Positions 11,216 through 24,200 of a DNA stretch of 64,000 bases are shown here, piece by piece. This stretch comes from Squalus acanthias (Eukaryota): contig CM059432.1 in NCBI GenBank assembly GCA_030390025.1, positions 22,384,001-22,448,000 on the forward strand, given 5' to 3'. A program made the position numbers and the translations under genes. Below the pieces are notes generated by a model that did no database searches, had not been told where the DNA came from, and saw only the letters and a program-made list of their open reading frames with translations. Within the stretch, counting starts at the first letter, position 1; every line of letters begins with the position of its first letter.

Positions 11216-12520
11216 AAAAAATGGGAGCAGTGGTTATGATACGAAATTGTTGAATTCAGTTTTGAGTCCAGAAGGATGTAAAGTGCCTAATTAAAAGATG
11301 AGATGCTGTTCCTCGAGTTTCCATTGAGATTCAGTAGAATAGTGTAGGAGGCCAAGGACAGAGAGGTCAGAGTGGCAGTGGGGCGCAGCATTAATATGAG
11401 AGGAAGCTCAGGGTCACTCTTGTCGACTGAATGGAAGTGTTCTGTAAAGCATTCACCCAATCTGCATTTGGTCTTCCCAATGTAGAGGTGAGCACGTCGT
11501 GAGCAGTGAATACATTATACTAAACTGAAAAACGAACAAGTAAATCGTTGATTCACCTGGAAGGAGTGTCTGGGCGGTGAGAAGGGAGAAGGTAAAAGGG
11601 CAGGTGTTGCACCTGCTGCGTTGCACGGGAAAGTGCCGTGGGAAGGGGAGGGAGTGTTGGGGATGATTGAAGAGTGAACCAGGGTGTCGCGGAGGGAACG
11701 GTCCCTTCAGAATGCTGAAAGGGGAGGGGATGGGAAGATGTTTTTGGTGGTGGGATCACGCTGGATGTGGCGGAAATGGCAGAGGATGATCTGTTGAATG
11801 TGGAGGCTGGTGGGGTGGAAGGGGAGGACAAGGGGAACCAAATCCACTTGGTTCTGGGAAGGAGGAGCAGGAGTGAGTACAGAAGTGCGGGAAATGGGAC
11901 AAATACGGTTGAGGGTTATGTCAACTGTGGTGGAGGGCAATCCTCGGTTGAGGAAACTGGACAAGGGAGAAAAAATAGAGTTCAGATAGAAAGAAATCAG
12001 TTCCGTGGGCCACGAACAGGCTGAAATGATGGGTTTACTGGGGCTGTTTGTAGATCTTGGGAAGGAGATAGAAGCGGTCTGTGCAAGGTTGGGGACTATG
12101 AGGTTGGAGGCTGTAGAGGGAAGATCTCCAGCGGGATACCTGTCTGACATTCATAGCTTGCCGATGGCATTTCAATGCGGCACAAACGATTTTGGTTTGA
12201 ATCTCCTGCTGCCGCCTTTGGGCCCTGGCTAACCTCACGCCTATTTCATAGTGGAAGTCGAAGAATGCCCCTACTATTTCCATTGGTTGTTGAGGTGGTA
12301 ACTAAAAGGGCATAAATGTAAAATCTTCACCAAAAGAAAAGATGAAGAGAAAGATTTTTTGCATAAAGGGTTGTTAGAACATGCCATGCCCTACCAGAAG
12401 CAATTGTGGAAGCAGAATTCATCATTGCTTTTAAAGGGGAAGTGGATAAATGTTTGAAAACAAAATAAAACAGACTGGAAAAAGGGAAGAAAATGGGATG
12501 AGGTGGTAGACTGGTGCTTC

Positions 12521-13116
12521 AGGGGGGCGATTGGGCTCCTTTTGAGCTGCTTTGATTCTGCCCAGCGTCATTTTACTTCAACAGCCACTGGATGCAGGCT
12601 GGGGCCTAATTTAAATCGTAAAGTCGAATCTCAGTGACGTCATCAGCAGAGCAACGGCATTTTAACTTCTGCATTCGGGAGGCCTGCACGGTGCCGACTG
12701 CAATAGCCGAACCATGGCGGGAGTCGCAGAGTGACCAGAAGAAATCAAGGTAAGTTTGACGAAGTAAATTTATGGTGGAATGCTTGTGCAGGACTGCTCC
12801 CCCAAGCCCCGCAAGGATACCATGGGCCTCCCTCACTCCCCCCCCACTCCCCAGTGATCGTTCAGATTCCCGTCCCTCCTTCCTCAATTACCATGCCGGA
12901 GGACTGTTTCCTGACCGTCCTGACTATCCCCCACCCCCAACCCCCCACTTGAATTGCCGCTCCTGCCCGCTGGCGTTAACATCATTCCTGACAGCTTCGG
13001 TTAGGAGTCAGTTTTAAGGGTCTTCAAATGAGAGGCTCACACTCAGGCGAGCCAGACCGATCACCGCCTGCTTCTGCCCCCGCACCACCGATTTCCAGCC
13101 CCAAGTTAAAATCGAC
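12521..13116. mobile_element. Degenerate Harbinger-type MITE
   Basis: GGGGGCGATT start, GTTAAAATCG end, internal TGACGTCA and C-rich tract; TSD not resolved. Confidence 0.5.
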
Positions 13117-13441
13117 GATTCTAAAGTGCTTCTACTATAATTAGCCAGGTGGAGAGGGAGTTAGAGGAGTGACCAGAGTGGAGCTATCGCCTGATGCCTC
13201 TGAACACTGCCCAGTATAGAACAGGGCTATGCAGGTCCCAGCATCGACACTCAGTCTATGGTGATCTCACTGATTTCAGCCAGGGAGGTGGTCGGAGGGC
13301 TATAATGGGCTTCAGTGCTCCAGGGCGGAGGGAAGGAAAAATCAGCCACGATTATGCTAACCAGCAGCCACTTTTAATCTTTTTGTGTCATATACTTCCT
13401 CATCCCAAAAACTATCCTTTGCCTGGAACTTTAGCCTCGGA

Positions 13442-13917
13442 GTGTCAGCTGTGGCTCAGTTGGTAGCACACTTGCCTCTGAGTCAGAAGATTGCGGGTTC
13501 AAGTTCCACTCCAGGAACTTGAGCACAAAAATCTAGGCTAACACTCCAGTGCAGTGCTGAGGGAGTGCTGCACTGCCGGAAGTGCTGTCTTTTGGATGAG
13601 ACGTTAAACCGAGGCCCCGTCCGTCTGCTCTCTCAGGTCGATGTAAAAGATTCCCATGGCACTATTTTGAAGAAGAGCAGGGGAGTTCTCCCCGGTGGCC
13701 TGGCCAATATTTATCCCTCAACCAACATAACAAAAACAGATCATCTGGTCATTATCACATTGCTGTTTGTGGGAGCTTGCTGTGCACAAGTTGGCTGCCG
13801 CGTGTCCTACATTACAACAGTGGCTACACTTCAAAAGTACTTAATTGGCTGTAAAGCGCTTTGAGACGTCTGGTGGTCGTGAAAGGCGCTATATAAATGC
13901 AAGTCTTTCTTTCTTTC
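13442..13917 (+). mobile_element. SacSINE1/DeuSINE-like tRNA-derived SINE, full length
   Basis: A box TGGCTCAGTTGG, B box GGTTCAAGTTCC, Deu-like core (GATGAGACGTTAAACCGAGGCCCC...CCCATGGCACTATTT), L2-type tail GGCGCTATATAAATGCAAG(TCTT)n. Confidence 0.9.
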
Positions 13918-15308
13918 TCACAATAGTGATAATTTTCAGTTAGACATTTCTCTCTCTGTTTCCTGCTTGTCCTTTTGATAAGAACAAAATTCTCCCCGAT
14001 CTATAACATTTGAGCTCTGCCGTTTGCACTGCGGTGGTTTTGTAACAAATTGCAACCATCACTTAAAGAAACGAGCGAAAGGCGGGGAGGGGGTGGTGAG
14101 TGGTGTTGACTCCATTAACTAGGTGCATGTTTATGTCCTGATTACAGCCAGATTATCACAGTGGAGAAACTTTCATTATCTCCTTACATTTACCACCCCC
14201 AGCAAGTGCAAACAAAATAATGCTCAAGGAGTTACAAGACCAGGTCCATCTTCTGGTTTCCCCACAGAGAGACATTGAAGATAAAGCACTTTGCAGTAAA
14301 AGCGGTCCGAGAGAAGTTGTTTTCTACAGTGACTGCTAACTGCAGTCTGGCTGGATGTTTGATTCCATTACCCATTTAGAAGGAACAGTGAAGACTTGCA
14401 GCTGACTCCTTTAGCTGCAGGAGACTGAACAGCAACAGACATTGAGAGTAGCCTATGAATATATTACAAAGCACCAAAAAAAAATACTGAGAGAATCCCA
14501 TATACCTTAAGCCTCTGTGTCGCTGTAATTGTACAATCCGTATGCCGCTATTTTTTTATTATAGATGAATCACTTTCTCAAAGGTCTCAAAACAATTACT
14601 CCAATTGTGCTAATCCCTACAATAATATCCAGAATTAATAGTTGCATAAACTTCCATTTAAAAAAAAAGCATCTTTTCATATCCCTCAATGAAGTGATTA
14701 TGCGAAGGTGACAAGAAAATGATAGTGGGGTGTGTATGTGCAGGAAGGTTTAACACAAATAGTGATTGTTGGTGGAAATTTGACAATAAAAGGAAAACAA
14801 AACCTACAAGTGGGTGTGTTGAAAGGAATTGGAGACTGAGGAGGAAGACAATAGCAATAGGAAATGTCAACAAACGGTCTCTATTCACAGTGTCCAAGGA
14901 GACTGCAGGAGGCAGTTCTCTGAACCAGCAGCAGTCTGAGTCTCAATAGTGTTGCACAAAAACATAAGCGTGTGTAGAATGGGTATGTGCTTAATTTTCT
15001 TTTCCAGCTTTTCCTTCCTTTACTTACCTACTTTCCTAAAGTCGTTGACTCACACAGGCCTCCATGGGCCACCCCCCTCCACCCACCCCCATGGACCTTC
15101 CCCAATGGCCCATTCTTCATCTGTGAACTCTGACAGTGCGTATCAGCAGACTGTTTGACAGTGAAAGGCATTTAACCCAAGGTTGACCCTGCCCTCACTT
15201 GCTGTTTCCATAAAAACATAACAGAACATGCAACATGAAAAGGTCATTCAGCTCATCGGGTATGTATAATCTTCTATATCATGGACTATGCCAGACCTAT
15301 TTAATTGT

Positions 15309-15650
15309 TGTGTCATCTTGGTTCAGTTGGTAGCACGCTCGCGTCTGAGGAAGAAACTTATGGGGTCAAGTCCCACTGTGGGACTGAGCACACAATCTAG
15401 ACTGACACTTTAAAAAGAAAGATTTTGCATTTATATAGCGCCTTTCCCAAAGCGCTTTACAGCTAATTAAGTACTTCTGAAGTGTAGTCACTCTTGTCGT
15501 GTAGAAAATGTGGCAGCCAATATGCACACAGCGAGTTCCCATGAGGTTTGTCACCTCATCCGAAAGACGGCACCTCCAGCAGTGCAGCACTCCATCAGCA
15601 CTGTATTGAAGTGTCAGCATAAAATTAGAGCACAAATCTGATTCCCAAAA
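15309..15650. mobile_element. Rearranged SacSINE1-like fragments (5' head on +, body and tail on -)
   Basis: Head TGGTTCAGTTGGTAGCAC at ~15320; inverted tail TTGCATTTATATAGCGCC at ~15425. Confidence 0.7.
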
Positions 15651-15709
15651 CCCACGGGTGCTGCTACTCAGTGCAGCAAGGAATAGGGCTGCACAAGCTA
15701 TGTCCTCCC

Positions 15710-16120
15710 ATTGCCCAGTTCTGACTGTAAGCATAGAATTAGGTTAGATGTTAGGAGGTTGTTCTTTTCTCAAAGGGTCATTGACCTGTGGAATAAGTTG
15801 GGTACGGATTCATTGCAAACATTCAAAAGGGAGCTGGACATGTTCCTGGAAAAGGCTGATATCGCTGCGAACAGAATGTTGTTGGGCAATGTACCTCGTG
15901 GTCATTGTTGTCTTCTGGAACTTGTTTAGGGGCTCGGAGGGAAATTTCCCAGAATTATTTTTTCACCATGAAAAGGCTTAGGTATTTTTTTTATCTGTTT
16001 GTTTGCCTCTTCCGGGTGGGGAGCATTGGGGGTCGTGTTACCTAGTTGCAACACAGCTGAATGGGATGGACATGATGGAGCAGCTAGTCCTTTTCTGTCT
16101 GACGTTTTTGTATTTTTCAT
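15710..16120 (+). mobile_element. CR1 3' fragment
   Basis: RLDVRRLFFSQRVIDLWN...FKRELD; 3' UTR similar to 10900-11215. Confidence 0.8.
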
Positions 16121-16814
16121 AATGATTCAGAAAAAGCTCATCTTCCAGACATAAAACAATTCTTCTGTTAAGTATGGCATTATCACAAACCGAGCTACAG
16201 TTTTGATGAGCTATCTGGGAAAGAAAGATTTTGAATTACATAGCACCTCTAAAAGCACTTGATGCACGATGAATCATTTTGGTGTGCAGCAATTGTTATG
16301 AATGCAAACCTAGCAGTCATTTTGCACACCTGATCTCAGAAATAGCAATGAGATGAACGAAGGGTTCATCTGTTTTGAATGGCATTGGTTTGAAGAAATA
16401 TATATGGTATGTCAGTCAGGTTATAGAATGAACTTGTTGCTCTTCTTTGAATAGTGCCCTGAGATTATTAACGCCACCTTGAAAAATCAAATTTGACAGA
16501 CAGGATTTTGGTTTAATGTCTCATCTGAGAAGGGTACCTCCAGCAATACAGCAATCCCTCAGTACTGCACCAGAATGTCAGCCTAAATTATGTGCTCAAG
16601 GCCTGAAGTGAGGTTTGAGCCTACAATCTTTTGAAACCAGTTCAAGAATGCTATCAGTTGAGCCAAGGTGACATTGCAAATGATTTGCCAAATCACTAAT
16701 TAAGATAAAGAAACAATTGGGTATAGTATGCTGGTTTGTGGGACTCCAGCTTATATTTTACAATAAGATGAATAGCAATTTCTTATTGCCCTTTGCTCAT
16801 GTGCTTTGAGAATG

Positions 16815-17300
16815 GTGTTAGCCATGGCTCAGTGGTAGCAGTCTCGATCAGAGTCAGAAGGTTGTGGGTTCAAGCTCCACTCCAGAGACTTGAGCACATA
16901 ATGTATGCTGACACTCCAGTGCAGTATTGAGGGAGTGCTTTACTATCAGACTTTCAGATCAGACGTTAAACCGAGCCCTGTCTGACCTCTCAGGTGGGTA
17001 TAAAAGGTCCCATGGCACTATTTCAAAGAAGAGCAGGGAAGTTCTTTCTGGTGTCTTGGCTAATATTTATCCCTCAAACAACATCACTAAAGCAGATTAT
17101 CACATTGCTGTTTGTGGGACCTTGCTGTGCACAAATTAGCTGATGTGTTTCCTACATTACAGCAGCAACTGCACATTCAAAAATAGTACTTAATTGGCTG
17201 TAAAGCGCTTTGGGATATCCTTAGGTCATGAAAGGTGACTTGTATTAATTAATTAATTCATTAATTCTGTCTGTCTGTCTTTCTGTCTTTCTTTCTTTCG
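16815..17300 (+). mobile_element. SacSINE1/DeuSINE-like SINE, full length
   Basis: Colinear with 13442-13917; A/B boxes and (TCTT)n tail. Confidence 0.88.
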
Positions 17301-17954
17301 TTCCATGAAACCATACATTTCAATAGTTCAACAGATGTGCCTCGCAGCTTTGTATCCAGGTTTGAATGGCATGCCCTAAAAGGAGGCTCCGAGGATTACT
17401 GATCTAACTTCACTCTGGATACCATGGCAATTGTACCATTTCCAGGCCATGAGATTGAAAGTCTGACAAGTCAACCAATTTGCTCTGAAGTCACATTGAC
17501 AAACAGCATTGTAGTTGAGATATTAAAACACCTTATTATTCATTTTGATTTCCATGAGGTTTAATAATATTGGGATTGTAAATATTGGCTTCTAGTTTAG
17601 TCCATGCTTGTGGAGAGGCATGATATTTACAGATTGTTAGTGGTAACTCTGGAACATACCCTTCTTTTACAATTAACAATAGAAACAAAGTCATATTACT
17701 TACTGAAACATTATACCCATCATGACCAGGCTGATAATTTAACCTTATGGTGAATATGAAATTACTTTTACCTTGGTGTGTAGCTCCATCTACTGAACTA
17801 TTCTATATTGCACAAAACGGTTTAAACTGCACAACAAAATAGTTTACTGTTGGAATTTTTAACTTCTTTAAATTCTATTCCTGCTTCTTTGCATCTCCTT
17901 TGTAGTAAAGTACGAGTGATAGTGGAAAGATGTTCAAAAGAATTAAAACAAAAA

Positions 17955-18640
17955 GGAGGAAAAATTGGTTGGTTTGTGCCTCTCGTTAGTGCCCCCGGGG
18001 ATGCTGACAGGGCGCAAATCCCCTAGCGCCTGGGCACGATGCCGCTAACGCCTCCTGCGAAATTCAGTGGGAGGTTAGCGGTGGCGGTAGCGCCCCGCGC
18101 TGCTGCGCCGCCGGAGCTGACGCATTGTCGTGCACAGCGCCCCGCTTGCGCCCCGGCTGCAAACTTTCCTTTACGTCCCCTGACCTATCGCCGGGTGATA
18201 TGTCCGACAGGATCAGGGGGCATCTTTGCAGTGGTGGCAGCGCTACTTAAAGGGCAAGTGTCGGGCGGCCATTTTAATTTTGGCCGACTGCCAGCACCTG
18301 CCCCATTCTCCATTTTTATGTGGGGTGCAGGCCACGATCGCTCAAGAGGAGTGCCAGGCTGTTTTCACGGCACCCTGCTCCCCGGTGGTCCAGCAGGGCT
18401 GCAGTGTGCACAGCGCTAGGCCCCTCCCCTTTAATCAGGGGAGGAGGCCTGCAATGACGCAGTGCTACGTAGCACCGTGAAATTCAGTAGCAGCGCTCCA
18501 AGCAGGAGGTGGAGTGCTTTCCGGTAGCGCTCCCACCTCCTGCTTGGGGCACTACTACTGAATTTATGGTGGATGGGCGCTAACTTTTTCGGTGCGCTAA
18601 AATTAGCGCCCCAAAATGGGCGCCATCCAGTTTTATCCCC
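17955..18640. mobile_element. Harbinger MITE (GCGCC class)
   Basis: GGAGGAAAAATTGG / CCAGTTTTATCCCC; AAA TSD (17952-17954, 18641-18643); many TAGCGCC motifs. Confidence 0.85.
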
Positions 18641-18952
18641 AAACTCTTCTGAATTGAGCCAAGTTATTTATTTTTTCTGATGGACTTCGGCACTCATGAT
18701 GGTGAAAGATAAGAATGGCGGAAGTAGAACGTTTTCCACTTTCTACTCCCAGTGTCAACAACCATCATTTCCAGGTCGAGCCTAAATAACAATTCCTCTG
18801 CCCTGGCCCCAAATTTTGCTATTTTCTCATCTCTCCCTCACTCAAGTATCTAGTACTTCACCAGTCTGACATCCCATTTCCTACACAAAGCACTAATGTA
18901 GCTCAGTAAGATTGCCAATTATGGTCAAACTATGAGCAGTTTTTTTGTAATT

Positions 18953-19505
18953 GGGGTTGATTTTAACTTTACCCACCTGGCGGAAACTGGGCAGATAGGC
19001 AGCTAAAAGGGGCCAGTTGACTTACCTGCCGATGTTCAACTTGGATCTGGTCAATTTTGATCTTATCTTCTGAGCAGGTGGCAAAGGGAACTGCCTGAAG
19101 CTGCTTTCAATATGCAGATCAAGGTCAGATGACGTCATCGGGCCCCAACCACTATTTTCACCTGTGTGGGAAAACCGCTATAGCTTTCCTGCCAGGTGAA
19201 CTCAAGTTATAAATTGATTGGAAGCAGAAGAGGGCTGTGAAGGAAAGTTTAGTCCTCCTCTTCCCTATCACGAGACACCCGGAGCCCATATCCCTATTCC
19301 TACACTTACTGGCAGGCAGCCAAGGCCCACCCAAATAATTTCCGCAGGCCGGCTTTCATTTCCAACCCACTTCCTGTCCATTCCAGCAGCATGTGAATGA
19401 GGCCCCACAAGTTAAAATTGCTGCGGCTTCACTCTGCCGAGAGCAGGTGGGAATCTAACCAGAACCAACAGGTTCCTACCGGAAACCCGCTGGCAGTTAA
19501 TAGAC
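18953..19505. mobile_element. Degenerate Harbinger-type MITE
   Basis: GGGGTTGATTTTTAAC start; GATGACGTCATC at ~19130; right end eroded. Confidence 0.55.
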
Positions 19506-19893
19506 TTGTGCCCTCTGGAAATTGAGTTAAGGCTATCAAATCACATTTCACGTGTCCCCTTAGTCATCAGTAAGAGAGAGAGAAAGGGAGGCTTGATCCT
19601 GTTGGTCTGTACTGGCATTAGGTCCAGATCACAGAAGTTGTTTTCAAATTGAAAGCACTATGCAGTCCCATGTGAGTGTGGTCATTTCAACCAGGCTGAA
19701 ATGCAATTGGATTGGTTTCAATTTTTGTTGTTAAATGGATGATTTCTTTGTGCATTTCAAAAAGTCCAAAGGCACTTCTAAAAATACAACTTTTGCAGCG
19801 TTAAGAAGTTAACCCTGCAGTCCCAGCTCCTGTAGCTGTTGACTGAGCTGTGTGAAATTGCAAATAAAAACACTCAGGCAAGTAAATTTATAC

Positions 19894-20236
19894 ATTTTGA
19901 AACAAATTTCCCGTCCCTTAAATATTCAGAATCATCTCCTCCACAAGGCAAGACTCCGGTCATATCAAATGATTGCAACTGTGGGGAAAGGAAGAGATGG
20001 GAGTGGAATGCTTCCCTTTCTGGTTACTGAACTGTCAGTATGCTGTAATTCAGAAAATAAATTGTCACCTAGAAACCATTTTATATATGCTCTTTGGAAA
20101 AAAAGAGTCCTTCCAATGTCGAGGCATGATCATTTTATCCTCGTCTTGTTCTTCTACTTCATCTTCATTTCCCTCAGCTATTAAGAAACATGGATCGTGT
20201 CCCTTTTCACCGTTGAAAGCAAGTATTTCTTCATAA
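19894..20236 (-). pseudogene. Two candidate exons of a decayed host gene (identity unresolved)
   Basis: Exon 20236-20077 (or -20069) YEEILAFNGEKGHDPCFLIAEGNEDEVEEQDEDKMIMPRHWKDSFFPKSIYKM; exon 19978-19894 LQSFDMTGVLPCGGDDSEYLRDGKFVSK after strong acceptor TCTCTTCCTTTCCCCACAG; non-repeat AT-rich context. Confidence 0.4.
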
Positions 20237-21231
20237 CTTAGAATCAAAGTTATTGCCCTTTTCTGAACACTCTCTGGTTTCCCCAATGGCTGAATGGGTA
20301 AAGACACTGTTTGGTCCAGCACTTAGCATTAGAGAAATCTCTCAAGTTCAATTCATAGTTGTGGTTATTTAGCTGTTCTCAGGAGTTGTGGTGCTACAGT
20401 TGGCCTCAGTGTTCCTGACTCAGGGCTACTCTTGGAGCGGCTGATCCTTTACTCGCACCTATTTTCTCAGCAACATCAAGAGCCTGGACTGCCGAGCGTC
20501 AGAACTAAAGGGGTCGCCTTTCAAATGTGATTCCCCTGCCCCTTCCCAAACACCACACGTGACAATCTGACTGGAAACATTTGCCTCTAACCCTGCTTGA
20601 AATTCTGCCGTTCCTCTGATTGAACATAACCTTTAGTTGGTGTTGAAATCCTATTTGGCCTGAATAACTGATGTGTTCTTATTTTGTTTTCTTTGTCTCC
20701 TGTAGAATTTCAAGCTGCCGGTGTTATTGTGTTTCCAATAATGTCAACCAAATATAATAAAGATGCCAACAACCCGGTGAATCCTTTGATAAACAGTTTG
20801 TGCATATTTAAATGATAGAAGGAACAAGGTACGCAAATGATTGATGTGTTATGTTGGAAACTTTAGATGTTTCAACTCCTGCAGAATCTTTCTGACGCCA
20901 GGAATAGGCGAGTATAAATAAAAAAATGATATGACAGGAGCATTTGATTCCGGTGATGTGATAAAGACAGTGGGGAAGCAATTATCCAGAGTGTTACATT
21001 TTTTGTTGTCGCCTATTCTCACGTCACAGGTGGAAATGACAGCAGTGCTCTGAAATGTGTCATATCACCAGAAAAATTAATAGCATTTTGTCATTTTAAT
21101 GAAATTTTATGCCATATCATGCTCTATATAAATTAAATTCTCTCATTTTATTTTGTGTATATAATCACTCTTTATAAATTTTTACTTCAGCAATAAACTG
21201 CAAGAATCAGACGAGTAAAATCAAATATATT

Positions 21232-24200
21232 GGGGGTGAAACTGGGTGCCTTTGCGCCTCCCGTTAGCACCCCCAGGGGGTGCTAAGGGGGCGCAAATAG
21301 CTTTGCGACTGGGCGCGGCGCTGACATCGACTCCCGCCATATTCGGAGGGAGTTTTGCGGCGGCGCTACGGCGTGGCGCTCCACTCTCCTTCGCCCGGAG
21401 ATCATGACGTCATCGGTGTGCGCATCGCCCCAAAATTCACGCACAGGCATCTTCCACCCTTTAAGTTGAAGTTCAGGACCTGGAAAGTCAGGACCCTCAT
21501 GGACAACCCGAACAGCGACAGACCGGAACGCCATACAACTATCGTTGCCCGCGAGCTCAGACGTTTCGACGTAGACATCGCCGCCCTAAGCGAGACCTGG
21601 CGGACAGGGGAAAGCCAGCTCAAGGAGCAAGGCGGTGGTTACACCTTCTTCTGGAAAGGCAAACCTGAAGAAGAACGCTGCCTCCATGGGGTAGGCTTCG
21701 CCATAAAAAATGAGCTAGTTGAACGTCTCAGATACTCCCCTTGTGGAATAAATGAACGCTTCATGACTCTACGGCTCACCCTAGCCCGGAACCAGTGTGC
21801 TACGGTCATCAGTGCGTACACCCCAACACTGGAAGCCACAGACCAGACCAAAGAGCAATTCTACTCCAGCCTTGAACAATCCCTGTCCCGAGTCCCAACA
21901 GGCGACAAGCTGATCCTCCTTGGCGAATTTAATGCCAGAGTTGGAAAGGACACAGACCTCTGGGGAGTTGTGATCGGCAGAGAGGGGGTAGGGAAAGCCA
22001 ACTCCAACGGTACCCTCCTCCTGACGAAATGCTTAGAACATGGCCTTGTCATAACCAACACCTTGTTCCATCAGAGAGACAAGTACAAGGCTTCGTGGCA
22101 ACACCCTCACTCCAAACACTGGCATCTGCTGGATTATCTCATTATCCGAGCGAGGGACCGCAAGGACGTCCGCATCACCCGAGCCATGACAGGAGCTGAC
22201 GACTGCTGGACAGACTACTGCCTAATCCACTCTGTCATCTCCATCAACGTAGCCCCAAAACAGCGCCGGCAACAGAAGCAATGCCGCAGGAAAATCAACG
22301 CTGGAGCACTCAAAGACCCTGCTAAGAAAGCCCTATTCAGCCTGCGCCTCACAAACAACCTGGCAACTCCAAGTGACTCAGAGACACAGAGTGTCCACAG
22401 CGCCTGGTCTGCACTCAAGGCCTCCATAATCAGCACCTGTAAAGAGATTCTCGGTCACTCGACCAGGAAACACCAAGACTGGTTCGACGAGAATGACCAG
22501 GATATCCAGGAGCTAATAAGCCACAAGCGCAAAGCATTCCTGATCTGGAAACAGCAACAGAACTCGAGAGCAAGAAAGCAGCTCTACAGACGCCTGAAGG
22601 CCAAGGTCCAACAAAAAACTCGTGACCTAAAGAAGAGATGGTGGGTGGACAAAGCGCAGGAGATCCAGCAGCTAGCCGACAACCACGACGTGCGTGGATT
22701 CTTTAGTGCAGTCAAGACCACCTACGGCCCAAGCACCCAAGGTCCTACCCCACTGCGGGCCAAGTACGGAGAGGTACTCATCAAGGACAGAGGCAGTCAG
22801 TGCCTGCTGGAAGGAGCACTTCGAAGATCTCCTTAACCGAGACTCTGTCTTCGACGCGAGTGTCCTCAACTCCATCCCGCAGCATGCTACCTGCCACCAT
22901 CTCAGCACAACCCCAGCCCGGCATGAGGTTGAAAACACCATCCGACAACTGAAGAACAACAAGGCCTCAGGAGCAGATAGAATCCCCGCCGAGGAGCTAA
23001 AACATGGCGGAGAAGCACTATTGACGTGAATACATTAACTAATTTCTCTTATCTGGAAGGAGGAGAGCATGCCAGGGGATCTCAGAGATGGCGTAATCGT
23101 GACCATCTTCAAGAAAGGTGACAAGTCTGATTGCGGTAATTACAGAGGAGTCTCCCTGCTGTCTGCCACAGGGAAAGTCATCGCAAGAATCCTCCTCAAT
23201 CGCCTTCTCCCAGTGGCTGAAGAGCTCCTCCCAGAGTTGCAATGCGGATTCCACCCACTAAGGGGCACAATGGACATGATCTTCACCGCGCGTCAAATAC
23301 AAGAGAAATGCAGGGAACAGCACCAACTGCTGTACATGGCCTTCTTTGACCTCACAAAGGCCTTCGACATTGTCAACCGTGAGGGATTATGGAGTGTCCT
23401 CCTCAAATTCGGCTGCCCTCAGAAGTTTGTCACCATCCTCCGCCTGCTTCACGACGACATACAAGCCGTGATCCTGACCACCGGATCCACCACAGACCCA
23501 ATTCACGTACTGACCGGGGTCAAGCAAGGCTGTGTCATCGCACCAACACTCCTCTCAATCTTCCTTGCTGCAATGCTCCATCACACCCTCAGTAAGCTCC
23601 CCGCTGGAGTGGAGCTAATCTACAGAACAAACGGAAACTGTTCAACCTCCGTCACCTCCGGTCCAGATCCAAGGTCGTCCCATCCTCTGTCGTCGAATTA
23701 CAGTATGCAGATGACGCTTGTGTCTGCGCACACTCGGAGGTCGAACTGCAAACCATCGTCAACACCTTCACTGAAGCATGAGCCTTACACTAAACATCCG
23801 TAACACAAAGGTCCTCTGCCAACCTGCCCCCGCCACACAGTACTGCTCCCCGATTATCAAAATCCATGACGAGGCCTTGGACAACGCAAACCACTTTCCA
23901 TACCTCAGGAGCCGACTGTCAACAAGAGTAGACGTCGATGACGAAGTCCAACACCACCTTCAGTGTGCCAGTGCAGCCTTCGGTCGCCTGAGGAAGATAG
24001 CGTTTGAAGACCAAGACCTCAAATCCAGTACCAAGCTCATGGTCTACAGTAGTGTTACCCGCCCTCCTGTATGCTTCAGAGACATGGACCATGTACAGCA
24101 GGCACCTCAAAGCACTGGAGAGGTACCACCAATGCTCCCTCCGCAAGATCCTGCAAATCCATTGGCAGGATAGGTGCACCAACATCAGTGTTCTCGTTCA

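Larger units (their letters stand above)
9036..12133 (-). mobile_element. Penelope-like retroelement (RT remnant, GIY-YIG region, terminal repeat), interrupted by a MITE and a CR1 fragment
   Basis: Minus-strand peptides FYLLPKIYK, VPLVLPFHPTSLHIQQIILCHFRHIQRDPTTKNIFPSPPLSAF and a decayed Cys-linker/YIG region at 11450-11650; GGATACC duplicated at 9029-9035 and 12134-12140. Confidence 0.85.
8870..12271. mobile_element. Old Harbinger-type MITE hosting the Penelope insertion
   Basis: GGGGGCAATTTTAAC at 8870; degenerate AAGAATGCCCC near 12271; arms 8870-9035 and 12134-12271. Confidence 0.5.

Noticed and set aside
13442..13520. tRNA gene (also ~16820 and ~28540-28612)
   Set aside because: A/B boxes are SINE heads followed by SINE body and LINE-derived tail.
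20706..20828. Plus-strand coding exon (good AG and GT sites)
   Set aside because: Stops in all three frames; could be non-coding or chance, and the region may belong to the minus-strand remnant.
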